Source: a virus (lineage: Duplodnaviria; Caudoviricetes). From it: DNA of 24,554 nt. Location of the stretch: positions 1 through 24,554 of the IMG/VR virus record IMGVR_UViG_3300027744_000116; one strand, given 5' to 3'. Position numbers and translations under genes: made by a program. Within the stretch, counting starts at the first letter, position 1. Each line of letters begins with the position of its first letter. Below are positions 8,930 to 18,258 of this stretch, piece after piece. Below the pieces are notes generated by a model. That model searched no databases. It saw nothing but the letters and a program-made list of their open reading frames with translations, and had not been told where the DNA came from.

Positions 8930-9448
8930 ATGTCAACGTTACCAATAGTACCATTCAACAAAAGTTTTCTTTCTAATAACAAATTTGATTTTGTTCTTAA
9001 AAGAATTCCTAACTTTACATTTTTAGTTCAGAGCGTCAACTTGCCTGGACTCACACTTGCGTCTACAGCTATCAATACACCATTCTCTACAATTAGTGTT
9101 CCGGGAAACCAAATCACGTTTGGAACATTATCATTAACATTTTTAGTCGATGAAGATATGCAGGCGTGGTATGAATTGTATGATTGGATTGTTCAATTGG
9201 GTAATCCAACAGGGTATGATAAAATAGGTAGATTGACAGGTCCAGAAGGATCAACTATCAATCCATTATCCGATGCTACTCTATATGTAAAAACAAATTC
9301 AAATAATCCAAATTTTAAATTTAATTTTATTGATGTGTATCCTACCGAATTGGGAGAAATGACTTTTACCTCATCCGACAATTCACAAGAATTCATTACT
9401 GCAAGTGCAACGTTTAACTATGGATATTATGAAGCGGTTAGAATTTGA
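8930..9448 (+). CDS. gp3: Tail completion / tube terminator protein gp3-like
   Basis: FLSNNKFDF, QSVNLPG, L.FLVDEDMQAWYELYDWI, SDATL, F.DVYPTELG; usual position after gp23. Confidence 0.85.
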   Translation: MSTLPIVPFNKSFLSNNKFDFVLKRIPNFTFLVQSVNLPGLTLASTAINTPFSTISVPGNQITFGTLSLTFLVDEDMQAWYELYDWIVQLGNPTGYDKIGRLTGPEGSTINPLSDATLYVKTNSNNPNFKFNFIDVYPTELGEMTFTSSDNSQEFITASATFNYGYYEAVRI

Positions 9449-9473
9449 CATTTACCCATAAATGTGTTATTAT
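9445..9473 (+). promoter_or_regulatory. Sigma70-type promoter for uvsY-uvsW
   Basis: TTGACA (9445-9450, contains the gp3 TGA stop) -17 bp- TATTAT (9468-9473) with TGn extended -10. Confidence 0.75.
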
Positions 9474-9504
9474 GATATAGATTGAATTGACATGAGGATT
9501 GAAT

Positions 9505-9942
9505 ATGACGTTAGACCAAATGATGGAAGAGTGGCGAATAGACGCTACAGTTGACCCCACAGAGTTAGGTATCGCATCTTTAAAGATACCAGAACTACAC
9601 AGTAAATTTCTTAAAATTTATTTTGATGAAAGACGCAAACTCAAAGCACTTGAGTTTCAAAGCAAAGATTTATCTTTGAAGAAGTATGAGTATTACAATG
9701 GAAAACTTTCACAAGAAGAACTTGACGAACTCAATTGGGAGCCTTTCGTTAAACGTTTGATGAAGAATGAAGTTGATATGTATCTTGATTCTGATAAAGA
9801 TATTATACACAACAATGTTCGCATAATCAATCAAAAAGAAAAGTTAGCGTTTTTGGAAGAAGTTCTTAAGAACGTCAATCAACGCAATTTTCAGATTAAG
9901 AACGCTATAGAATGGAAGAAGTTTACGCAAGGTGTACAATAA
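9505..9942 (+). CDS. uvsY: Recombination mediator UvsY
   Basis: SLKIPELHSKFL, KYEYYNGK, YLDSDKDI, RNFQIKNAIEWKKF; ATG 9505 with GAGGA RBS. Confidence 0.93.
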   Translation: MTLDQMMEEWRIDATVDPTELGIASLKIPELHSKFLKIYFDERRKLKALEFQSKDLSLKKYEYYNGKLSQEELDELNWEPFVKRLMKNEVDMYLDSDKDIIHNNVRIINQKEKLAFLEEVLKNVNQRNFQIKNAIEWKKFTQGVQ

Positions 9943-11392
9943 ACTCTATATCTCAAAAGTAGATGAAGTCTACGCACACATCAAGTGTGAGAACTCCGAT
10001 GCAATGGAGTTGAATGAATACTTCACGTTCTACGTTCCCGGTTACAAATTCATGCCTGCATTTAGAAACAAGGTGTGGGATGGAAAGATACGTCTATTCA
10101 ATTCACAGAGTAGACAAATTTATTATGGTCTGATTCCATACTTAGAAAAGTTTGCTAAAGAACGTGAGTACACAATTGAATTTGATGAATCAGTAGAAAC
10201 ATATGATGAATTCTCTGTAGCAGAAGCAAAAGACTTTATTGATACTCTAGGTGTACCATTTGAAGTCAGAGACTATCAGATAGATGCATTCATTCATGCA
10301 GTACGCAGTAGAAGAAATCTATTGGTATCACCGACAGCATCAGGCAAGTCACTCATCATATATCTCATTGCGAGATATTTAAATTGCAAGACTCTTATCA
10401 TTGTTCCTACTATCTCACTTGTTGCACAGTTGTATAAAGACTTTGCAGACTATGGATTTGAGAGTGATAAATACATACACCAGATCATGTCAGGTGCAAG
10501 CAAAGAAACTGATTGCCCCATTGTCATATCTACATGGCAGTCAATTTACAAAATGCCAAAAGAATGGTTTGAAGAATTTGAATTAGTTGTTGGAGATGAA
10601 GCGCATTTGTTTAAAGCAAAGTCGCTGATATCTATTCTAACAAAACTAACAGAGTGCAAGTATAGATTTGGTCTGACAGGTACGCTAGATGGTACACAGA
10701 CACATAGATTAGTCTTAGAAGGATTGTTCGGTAAAGTCAAACAGATAACAACAACAAAAGAATTGATTGACTCTGGACGATTAGCGAAGTTTAGAATTAA
10801 AGCATTGGTGCTTAAGCATAACGAAGAATCATGCAAGCTAGGTAAGAATTTTAAATATCAAGATGAGATAAATTATATTATAGGTAAGCCGTCACGTAAT
10901 AGATTCATTAGAAATTTAACTATGAGTTTAGAAGGTAACACTTTGTTACTGTATCAATTTGTTGACAAGCACGGCAGAATACTGTATAATATGATTAAAG
11001 ACGCAGTAGAAGAAAATAGACCTGTATTCTTTATTCATGGTGCTGTTGGAGTAGATGAGCGAGAAGAAGTTCGTAGAATTACTGAAGAAGAAGAAAATGC
11101 AATTATCGTAGCATCATATGGAACATTCTCTACTGGTATTAATATTCGTAATTTACACAATGTTATTTTTGCTTCACCAAGCAAGAGTAAGATTAGAACA
11201 CTACAATCTATTGGGCGAGGATTGCGTTTGGGTGACAATAAAAAAGAAGCTATTCTATATGACATATCAGATGACATGACACATAAGAGTAGAAAGAATT
11301 TTACGTTAGAACATTTTATCGAAAGAATGAAAATTTATAATGAAGAAAAGTTTGAATATAAAATTTACACTTTAAACTTAAAGGAAGAATAA
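9932..11392 (+). CDS. uvsW: SF2 DNA helicase UvsW
   Basis: WDGKIRLF, RDYQ, SPTASGKS (Walker A), GDEAH, GLTGT, ASYGTFSTGINI, LQSIGRGLR. Confidence 0.97.
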   Translation: MYNKLYISKVDEVYAHIKCENSDAMELNEYFTFYVPGYKFMPAFRNKVWDGKIRLFNSQSRQIYYGLIPYLEKFAKEREYTIEFDESVETYDEFSVAEAKDFIDTLGVPFEVRDYQIDAFIHAVRSRRNLLVSPTASGKSLIIYLIARYLNCKTLIIVPTISLVAQLYKDFADYGFESDKYIHQIMSGASKETDCPIVISTWQSIYKMPKEWFEEFELVVGDEAHLFKAKSLISILTKLTECKYRFGLTGTLDGTQTHRLVLEGLFGKVKQITTTKELIDSGRLAKFRIKALVLKHNEESCKLGKNFKYQDEINYIIGKPSRNRFIRNLTMSLEGNTLLLYQFVDKHGRILYNMIKDAVEENRPVFFIHGAVGVDEREEVRRITEEEENAIIVASYGTFSTGINIRNLHNVIFASPSKSKIRTLQSIGRGLRLGDNKKEAILYDISDDMTHKSRKNFTLEHFIERMKIYNEEKFEYKIYTLNLKEE

Positions 11393-11823
11393 TGCTGTGC
11401 AAAATACTTAAATTAACAAGCGGTGATACTGTCATTGGAAATGTTGTCGAAGAAAGTAGAGGCTACATCGAAGTACATCGACCAATGAGAGTTGTTATTG
11501 TTCCTAAAGTATTAGAAGAAAATACATTTCACATGTCTATGATGAAATGGGATCCATTAATTAATTTTACTTTGAATTCAAGAATATTTAAACAAAGTAT
11601 TGTTTCGGTATCAGAAGCAACAGATGATGTATTGGAAGTATATACTGAATTGTACAATCAGTTTGAAGCTGGAGAACATGAAGAGAACATCGTTGTGCAA
11701 AATAGAAATGAAAAGTTCGACACTCTTAAAGAAGAGTTTGAATCTGAAGAAAAAGTAGAGAAGGAAATTGAGAGGATGAAAGGATTAGCTATTGTGTCTG
11801 CTAACACACAGACTATACATTAA
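11392..11823 (+). CDS. Conserved T4-like hypothetical protein, probable Sm-like fold
   Basis: KILKLTSGDTVIG...P.....W pattern; typical position between uvsW and gp55. Confidence 0.55.
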   Translation: MLCKILKLTSGDTVIGNVVEESRGYIEVHRPMRVVIVPKVLEENTFHMSMMKWDPLINFTLNSRIFKQSIVSVSEATDDVLEVYTELYNQFEAGEHEENIVVQNRNEKFDTLKEEFESEEKVEKEIERMKGLAIVSANTQTIH

Positions 11824-11851
11824 CTAAGTCTTTATCAAAGGGGACACAGTA

Positions 11852-11880
11852 ATAATACACTATTGTCAAGCGATTGTCAA
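11852..11880 (-). promoter_or_regulatory. Antisense sigma70-like promoter
   Basis: On the minus strand TTGACA (11880-11875) -17 bp- TATTAT (11857-11852); second TTGACA 11 bp away. Confidence 0.55.
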
Positions 11881-11896
11881 CACATTGAGGTAAATT

Positions 11897-12523
11897 ATGA
11901 ACACTACTGCCATACCAGTAACAAAAGTAAAACACTACGTAAACAACGAACATTTCCTACAAGAGATGGTTGTATTTCGTGCAGGCGTCAAAGAAGCAAA
12001 AGAATCAAATGGCGAACGCCCTAGAGTACCTGAGTACATTGGTGAATGTCTATTTAAGATTGCAACTCACTTGGCACGTAAACCAAACTTTGCAAATTAT
12101 ACATTCAAAGAAGATATGGTATCTGATGGTATCGAAAACTGTCTACTGTATATTGATAACTTTGATCCGGAGAAGTCTAAAAATCCATTTGCATACTTTA
12201 CCCAAATCATCTACTATGCATTCTTGCGAAGAATTCAAAAAGAAAAAAAACATTTGTACATCAAGTATAAGAGCATGGACAATTTAATCATTACCGCACT
12301 TGTTGAAAACAATGGCGAAGAATATGTGAATGCTGGACTCAATGGTGTACTTCACGATTCATATAGCGAAGAATTTATTAGCGACTTTATCAAAGCGTTC
12401 GAAGTGAATAAAGAGAAAAAGATTGCCAGTGCAAAGCCTAGAAAGAAAAAGGCCACAGGCAATACTGTGTTTGATGAATTTCTGGAGAAAGATGATGCAG
12501 ACACCCATTCCAGCCCAACTTGA
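11897..12523 (+). CDS. gp55: Late transcription sigma factor gp55
   Basis: HYVNNEHFL, YIGECLFKIATHLARKPNFANYTFKEDMVSDGIENC, NFDPEKSKNPFAYFTQIIYYAFLRRIQKEKK. Confidence 0.97.
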   Translation: MNTTAIPVTKVKHYVNNEHFLQEMVVFRAGVKEAKESNGERPRVPEYIGECLFKIATHLARKPNFANYTFKEDMVSDGIENCLLYIDNFDPEKSKNPFAYFTQIIYYAFLRRIQKEKKHLYIKYKSMDNLIITALVENNGEEYVNAGLNGVLHDSYSEEFISDFIKAFEVNKEKKIASAKPRKKKATGNTVFDEFLEKDDADTHSSPT

Positions 12524-12683
12524 AAATTGGCTAAAGATTGTTGAAAATAAACGTTCGCCGCAAGACTTAAGAACAAATGCCGTCTTGCATTTGACAGCGA
12601 TTCGTGATATAATCAACAAGTCTTTAGGCGCAACAACAAACAATCAAGGGCGAAAAAAGTATGAGAATATGTCTATTAGGTGA
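12492..12683 (+). CDS. Small hypothetical protein
   Basis: GGAG RBS at 12484-12487 before ATG 12492/12495; fills the gp55-gp47 gap, overlapping both genes. Confidence 0.55.
   Translation: MMQTPIPAQLENWLKIVENKRSPQDLRTNAVLHLTAIRDIINKSLGATTNNQGRKKYENMSIR
12585..12613 (+). promoter_or_regulatory. Sigma70-type promoter for the gp47/gp46 operon
   Basis: TTGCAT (12585-12590) -17 bp- TATAAT (12608-12613) with TGn extension; an extra TTGACA at 12591. Confidence 0.7.
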
Positions 12684-13743
12684 TACGCATTTTGGCGTTA
12701 GAAATGACTCCAAAGCGTTTCATGCTTACTATGAAAAATTTTATGATGAAACATTCTTTCCTCAATTAGCGGAGAAAGGAATTCGCACAATCATACAACT
12801 TGGTGATTTATTTGATAGACGTAAGTACATCAACTTTCATTCGCTAATGGAGAGTCGTAGATACTTCTTTGACAGATGTGTCGAAGAGGGCATCACACTT
12901 CACGCATTGATTGGCAATCACGATATCTTTTGGAAAGAAAGTCTTGAAGTTAATTCTCCAGACTTATTGTTGCGTGACTATCACAACGTTCGTCTATGGC
13001 AGACACATGGCACGTTAGAGATCGATGGAGTTAAAATCGATATGATACCATGGATATGTAAGGGCAATGAAACAGAAATCTTTGAGTTTATCAAGAACAG
13101 CACTTCAGCAATGTGCATGGGGCATTTTGAACTTTCAGGATTTCCATTGTCTAGAGGTGTAGATAGCCATGATGGGATTGACTATAAGTTTCTAAGCAAC
13201 TATAATAGAGTGTTCAGCGGACATTATCATACATTCTCCGAACATGATAGCATCACGTATGTAGGTACTCCATACGAACTCTTTTGGTCAGACTATCAAG
13301 ATCAAAAAAAATTTGCTATTCTAGATACGGAGAATATGAGAGTTGAATACGTAAACAATCCTCACAGAATGTTTTACAAAGTCAACTATGATGATAATGG
13401 TACCGACAAGTTGAAGATTGAAGATTTAAAGAATATGGATTTTTCTAAGTATGCAAATGCTTATGTGAAAGTTGTTGTCGTTAATAAACAAGACCCATAC
13501 CTATTTGAAAAACTTGTCGATGAAATATATAAAGTAGGTCCAGTCGATGTCACAATCGTTGAAGATTTTACAGAATTTAGTGAGACAGAAGATGAAGACA
13601 TTGTTAATCAAGCCGAAGACACCATGTCTATTCTATCCAAATTTATTGATGGACAGAGTTTGAGTATTAATGATCCAAATAAACTTAAAACATTGATGCG
13701 TGAACTTTATGTTGAGGCACTATCTACAGAAAACATTGAATGA
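12661..13743 (+). CDS. gp47: Recombination endonuclease subunit gp47 (Mre11/SbcD-like)
   Basis: Metallophosphoesterase motifs GDTHFG, LGDLFDRR, IGNHD, MGHFE, SGHYH. Confidence 0.97.
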   Translation: MRICLLGDTHFGVRNDSKAFHAYYEKFYDETFFPQLAEKGIRTIIQLGDLFDRRKYINFHSLMESRRYFFDRCVEEGITLHALIGNHDIFWKESLEVNSPDLLLRDYHNVRLWQTHGTLEIDGVKIDMIPWICKGNETEIFEFIKNSTSAMCMGHFELSGFPLSRGVDSHDGIDYKFLSNYNRVFSGHYHTFSEHDSITYVGTPYELFWSDYQDQKKFAILDTENMRVEYVNNPHRMFYKVNYDDNGTDKLKIEDLKNMDFSKYANAYVKVVVVNKQDPYLFEKLVDEIYKVGPVDVTIVEDFTEFSETEDEDIVNQAEDTMSILSKFIDGQSLSINDPNKLKTLMRELYVEALSTENIE

Positions 13744-15452
13744 TAATTTTTCGTAATTTGCGTTGGAAGAACTTCCTAAGCACTGGCAATTTTTTTACTG
13801 AACTCAAGTTAGACAATAACAATACTACATTGATTGTTGGTGCTAATGGTTCTGGTAAATCGACTATGCTTGATGCATTGACGTTTGTTTTATTTGGTAA
13901 GCCATTTCGTAGTATCAACAAAGGACAACTTGTAAATACTATCAATGGTAAAGATTCTGTTGTCGAAATTGAATTCGACACAGGCAACAAGTCATACAAA
14001 ATCGTTCGTGGCATCAAACCGAACGTGTTTGAAATTTACTGCAATGGCCATCTAGTCAATCAAGATGCCGCAGTCAAAGACTATCAAGAACATCTAGAGA
14101 AATTCATTCTCAAACTCAACTACAAATCATTTACTCAAATTGTTGTTTTGGGTTCAGCATCATTTACTCCATTCATGCAATTGTCTGCAAGCGATAGACG
14201 TTCTATCATTGAAGACTTGTTAGATATTCAAATCTTTTCTCGCATGAATGGTGTTCTTAAAGATAAGTTTCTTTTGTTGAAAGAAAAACATTCGCAGTCA
14301 AAGTATGCAGTAGACTTGAAGAGTGAGAAGATTCAATATCAAATTCAATTTATCGATTCACTAAACAAGAACAATGCAACGCAGATTTTATCTAAGCAAC
14401 AAGACATTGCCAATACTCAATTGTTAATTGCAGAGAGTGAAACTAGATGCACGACAATACAAACAAATTTGTCAGAAACGTGTATACAAATTTCAGACAA
14501 ATCTAAAGTTGATGCAAAGCTATCAAAATTTTCTACGTTAGAACATAACTTAAAAAAGACTCATAAAAAAATTAACACAGACATTGACTTCTATCATAAT
14601 AATGATGATTGCCCAACATGCAAACAAGCAATTGGTAATGATTATAAACTACATATTGTAGAAGAGAGAAATAAAAAACTTGTTGAAGTTGAAGATGCAT
14701 TGAATAAAGTTAAAGATGAACTCAATACCGTTAATGGTAGAATTTCTGAAATCGAAACGATTGCTGAAACGATTCAAACATTAAATTCGCAATTGACATT
14801 TGAACAGAGTGAGATCAGAGTAAATCAAAGACACATTGATAATATCAATAGAGAAATTGAAAGATTGAATTCTGTCAAGGATGATGTTACGATAGAACAA
14901 GAAAAACTTGCAACATTGACTACAGAACTAGCAGAACTAGAAGCTGAAATTAAAGTTATTGCTGAAGAGAGATTGTACTATGAAGTTGCAACGAACTTGC
15001 TGAAAGACACAGGTATCAAAACGAAAATCATTCGTCAATATATACCAGTGATTAACAAGTTAGTCAACAAGTATCTTGCATCATTAGATTTCTTTGTGAA
15101 CTTTAATCTTGATGATTCGTTTAAGGAAACAATTAAGTCACGCCATCGTGATGAGTTTACATATGCATCATTTAGTGAAGGTGAGAAACAACGGATTGAC
15201 ATGGCATTGATGTTGACATGGAGAGCAGTTGCCAAATTAAAGAACTCAGCAAGTACAAACATATTGATACTTGATGAAATCTTTGATTCATCATTAGATA
15301 CAAATGGTACAGAAGACTTAATGAAAATTTTAAACATGCTTGAAGGGTCTAATTTGTTTGTCATATCACACAAAGGTGATATTCTACAAGACAAGTTTGC
15401 GAACGTGATTAGATTTGAAAAGGTCAATAATTTTTCAAGGATAACAAAATGA
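13740..15452 (+). CDS. gp46: Recombination ATPase gp46 (Rad50/SbcC-like)
   Basis: WKNFLSTGN, GANGSGKS, CPTC zinc hook, FSEGEKQRID signature, LILDEIFDSSLD, VISH. Confidence 0.98.
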   Translation: MIIFRNLRWKNFLSTGNFFTELKLDNNNTTLIVGANGSGKSTMLDALTFVLFGKPFRSINKGQLVNTINGKDSVVEIEFDTGNKSYKIVRGIKPNVFEIYCNGHLVNQDAAVKDYQEHLEKFILKLNYKSFTQIVVLGSASFTPFMQLSASDRRSIIEDLLDIQIFSRMNGVLKDKFLLLKEKHSQSKYAVDLKSEKIQYQIQFIDSLNKNNATQILSKQQDIANTQLLIAESETRCTTIQTNLSETCIQISDKSKVDAKLSKFSTLEHNLKKTHKKINTDIDFYHNNDDCPTCKQAIGNDYKLHIVEERNKKLVEVEDALNKVKDELNTVNGRISEIETIAETIQTLNSQLTFEQSEIRVNQRHIDNINREIERLNSVKDDVTIEQEKLATLTTELAELEAEIKVIAEERLYYEVATNLLKDTGIKTKIIRQYIPVINKLVNKYLASLDFFVNFNLDDSFKETIKSRHRDEFTYASFSEGEKQRIDMALMLTWRAVAKLKNSASTNILILDEIFDSSLDTNGTEDLMKILNMLEGSNLFVISHKGDILQDKFANVIRFEKVNNFSRITK

Positions 15453-15637
15453 AAATCTTGAGTGAATATTTTGGAGATGAAATCGATAGACATGCTGAAA
15501 TATATTTTGATGAGAATTTTTACAAAGTAAGAGTTAGAAATGAACTTGGCTCATATTTTGTTGCATTTTTTAATAATATAGATGAAGCAGAAAATTTTGC
15601 AGAAAATTATGTAAGAGGAGAAACACATGAACCTTGA
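15449..15637 (+). CDS. Small hypothetical protein
   Basis: ATGA overlap with the gp46 stop; overlaps the def start. Confidence 0.6.
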   Translation: MKILSEYFGDEIDRHAEIYFDENFYKVRVRNELGSYFVAFFNNIDEAENFAENYVRGETHEP

Positions 15638-16130
15638 ATTGGTACCTGAATCTGCAACAGTATTGCATGAAGAATGTTTGGAGTTTGATTTTGCAAATCC
15701 TCCAATTGATCCAAAAGAACTTGCACAATCATTACACGACATTATGATTAAGAGTGATGGTTTAGGACTATCAGCCAATCAAGTTGGATTACCATATAAA
15801 GTTTTTGTAATGAGAACTGGCGATGAACCATTTGCAGTATTCAATCCTAAAATTGTAGATATCTCAGATAGAGAACTAGTAATGAAAGAAGGTTGCTTGA
15901 GTTTTCCATTGCTTTATTTGAATGTTAAACGTTCAGATGGCGTTCGTATTCGTTATCAGAAAGAAGACGGAAGCACTACAACCGAAAAGTTTATTGGCAT
16001 GACAGCAAGAATTGCGTTACATGAGTTTGACCACATGATTGGAAAAGTGTATACTCAGAAGGCGTCAACATTTGAAACACAACGTGCATTGCGTAAACGT
16101 ATGATTTTAAAACGTAAGGTAAAAAAATGA
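15627..16130 (+). CDS. def: Peptide deformylase
   Basis: All three PDF motifs: GLGLSANQVG, EGCLS, HEFDHMIG; RBS GAGGAG. Confidence 0.96.
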   Translation: MNLELVPESATVLHEECLEFDFANPPIDPKELAQSLHDIMIKSDGLGLSANQVGLPYKVFVMRTGDEPFAVFNPKIVDISDRELVMKEGCLSFPLLYLNVKRSDGVRIRYQKEDGSTTTEKFIGMTARIALHEFDHMIGKVYTQKASTFETQRALRKRMILKRKVKK

Positions 16131-17239
16131 AACCTTGGCAACATGGATATGACATAGACTATCTTAAGGGTCTAGAAGCACAATATGCAGACTACAATGC
16201 ATATACGTTATCTCCTTTTGCAAAGTATAAGAAAAATAACATTGCAGAGTCTTTGAAAAAAGGTAATCTTATTTTTAGTGAATTTGGTCTTGAACCTTCA
16301 ATGTTTGAAGTTACAAATAGTAAAGTTGCATCAGATATTACAATGCATGGAGACACAGTTATTGCAACAAAAGTAAAAGGTGATGTTTCAATTGGAAAAC
16401 TTTCGGGCAACATCAATACGATTAAGCATCAAATTTCTTTATTGTCAGGAAACAATTTTTGGTTAACTGTATGGGCAGAAAACAAAGCACATTGTGACTT
16501 GGCTGAAGAATTGGGTTTCTGCTATGTTGGTCCTAAGATTACAACATATGGAGAAGTACATGCAATTTACTTTAAGAGTAACAGTCCTATTCCACGTTCG
16601 TTTCCTAAAGTAGAATCAACAGAATATCTAAGCATCAAAAAGATTGGCGCAATCACATCAGAATTTATTGAATCTGTTTCTGCTAAGTTAGCAACGTTAC
16701 CTGCATTCACAAATCATTATAGTAACTACAACAAAGACAAAGCATGGTCTGCATTGTCACTACGTGGTTATCGTCCAGAATCAGATTTCATTACAAAGCC
16801 CTCAGAGATGAGTGATGACTGGAAAGAAAAAAACAAAGACGTAAAATTTGAATTGCAAGACACACCACTCTATGATATGTTTCCTGAGGTGCGTGAGTTG
16901 CTGAGTAAATATAGAGAAGTGCATCGTGTTCGTTTCATGCAATTGAAACCTGGTGGTGGAGAACTTGAACGGCATACCGATCAGGTTGATAAAGACTCTG
17001 GTGGCTCTAAAGGCAAACTTGCAAGACTACACATACCAATCATTACTAATCCAAACATGATTTTTACTGTATGGGATCCAAAAGGCAATCCACAAAAGGT
17101 ACATATGGATGTTGGAGACTTGTGGTTTTTAGATACACGTAAGCCACATCAAGCTATCAACAACGGAACAGATAATAGAATTCACTTAGTCATAGATGCA
17201 ATCTCGGAAGGAGACCTGTATGAGTCGCTTGTATCCTGA
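16127..17239 (+). CDS. Fusion: N-terminal GNAT-like domain plus C-terminal Asp/Asn beta-hydroxylase-like 2OG-Fe(II) dioxygenase
   Basis: C-terminal RVRFMQLKPGG..HTD...RLHIPIITNP...H(QAINNG)..RIHLVID gives HxD...H plus the 2OG-binding R; N-terminal WLTVWAENKAHCDLAEELGF resembles GNAT motif B (weaker call). Confidence 0.75.
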   Translation: MKPWQHGYDIDYLKGLEAQYADYNAYTLSPFAKYKKNNIAESLKKGNLIFSEFGLEPSMFEVTNSKVASDITMHGDTVIATKVKGDVSIGKLSGNINTIKHQISLLSGNNFWLTVWAENKAHCDLAEELGFCYVGPKITTYGEVHAIYFKSNSPIPRSFPKVESTEYLSIKKIGAITSEFIESVSAKLATLPAFTNHYSNYNKDKAWSALSLRGYRPESDFITKPSEMSDDWKEKNKDVKFELQDTPLYDMFPEVRELLSKYREVHRVRFMQLKPGGGELERHTDQVDKDSGGSKGKLARLHIPIITNPNMIFTVWDPKGNPQKVHMDVGDLWFLDTRKPHQAINNGTDNRIHLVIDAISEGDLYESLVS

Positions 17240-17984
17240 AGAAATTTCTGATATAATAGAAGGATGGAAAGATCCAAACCCTGCACCAATAGTTGAAATG
17301 CACCATGGCTTTCATGTTGTGCGTGATGACTTGTTAGAGTATGGAAGTAAAAGTAGATTCATTGACTATCTTGTGAAGACTACTAAATGTGATGAGTGGG
17401 TCTTTGGTGGTGCAAACAAAGTTGGTTGGGGTCCTATATCTTTAACGTATGTGTGTAATCTTTATGGAAAAAAAGCAACGTTCTTCATGGCTAAACGAAA
17501 AGAACCAACATGGCATCAGCAAAGAGTGCTTGACCTTGGCGGCACTATTCATTGGGTTGACAATGGTATGCTTACTGTGACAAAAGCAAGAGCAAGACGT
17601 TATCAAGAAGAAGATGCAAAGCGCAGACAATGCTTGCCTTTAGGATTAGAACATCCATCCGTGCTCGCATCGATTGTTAAAGTCGCAAGAGATTTAGAAA
17701 TCAAACCAACAGAGATTTGGACTGTTGCATCAAGCGGAACATTGAATCGTGGATTGCAATTAGCATTTCCTAATGTGCCTGCGTATGCAGTAGAGATTGG
17801 GCATAAGATGAGTGACTACGAAAAAGGCCGTGCTGTGACTATGCGTTCACCATATAAGTATGACCAAGTAGTAGAAGAAAGTCAAGCGCCACCTTATCCA
17901 TCTGAAAAATACTACGATGCTAAACTTTGGCAGTTTGTAGTGACTAGCGGGAAACCAGGCGCACTAATCTGGAATGTAGCATAA
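17220..17984 (+). CDS. PLP-dependent enzyme, PALP / fold-type II (ACC deaminase / D-cysteine desulfhydrase-like)
   Basis: VVRDDLLEYGSKSR (Schiff-base Lys), WTVASSGTL phosphate loop, YDAK, LIWNVA; ATG 17220 with GGAG RBS. Confidence 0.8.
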   Translation: MSRLYPEEISDIIEGWKDPNPAPIVEMHHGFHVVRDDLLEYGSKSRFIDYLVKTTKCDEWVFGGANKVGWGPISLTYVCNLYGKKATFFMAKRKEPTWHQQRVLDLGGTIHWVDNGMLTVTKARARRYQEEDAKRRQCLPLGLEHPSVLASIVKVARDLEIKPTEIWTVASSGTLNRGLQLAFPNVPAYAVEIGHKMSDYEKGRAVTMRSPYKYDQVVEESQAPPYPSEKYYDAKLWQFVVTSGKPGALIWNVA

Positions 17985-18006
17985 TTAATATTCAAAGGAG
18001 TCGAAC

Positions 18007-18258
18007 ATGAGCAACGAAGAAGACAAATTTAAAAAATCTAAACGAATCCTTAAAGATGAAAATGCAATACGAAAGCAAATGAAAATTGCAAAAGCATATA
18101 ATATACCAGTTGAGTCTCCTCATCAATTGGCTAAGCATCATGTATTAGATTGTGGAAATCCTAATTGTGTGATGTGTGCAAATCCTAGAAAAGTATGGAA
18201 AGAAAAAACGATTCAAGAAAAACGTTTTGAACAAACTGAAAAATTTGATAATGATTAA
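18007..18258 (+). CDS. Small basic protein with His/Cys cluster (possible Zn binder)
   Basis: HHVLDCGNPNCVMCANPRK; AAGGAG RBS. Confidence 0.65.
   Translation: MSNEEDKFKKSKRILKDENAIRKQMKIAKAYNIPVESPHQLAKHHVLDCGNPNCVMCANPRKVWKEKTIQEKRFEQTEKFDND

Noticed and set aside
9932-15452. Inteins, introns or homing endonucleases in uvsW, gp55, gp47 or gp46
   Set aside because: Protein lengths and motif spacing are normal; no splicing or LAGLIDADG/HNH/GIY-YIG motifs seen
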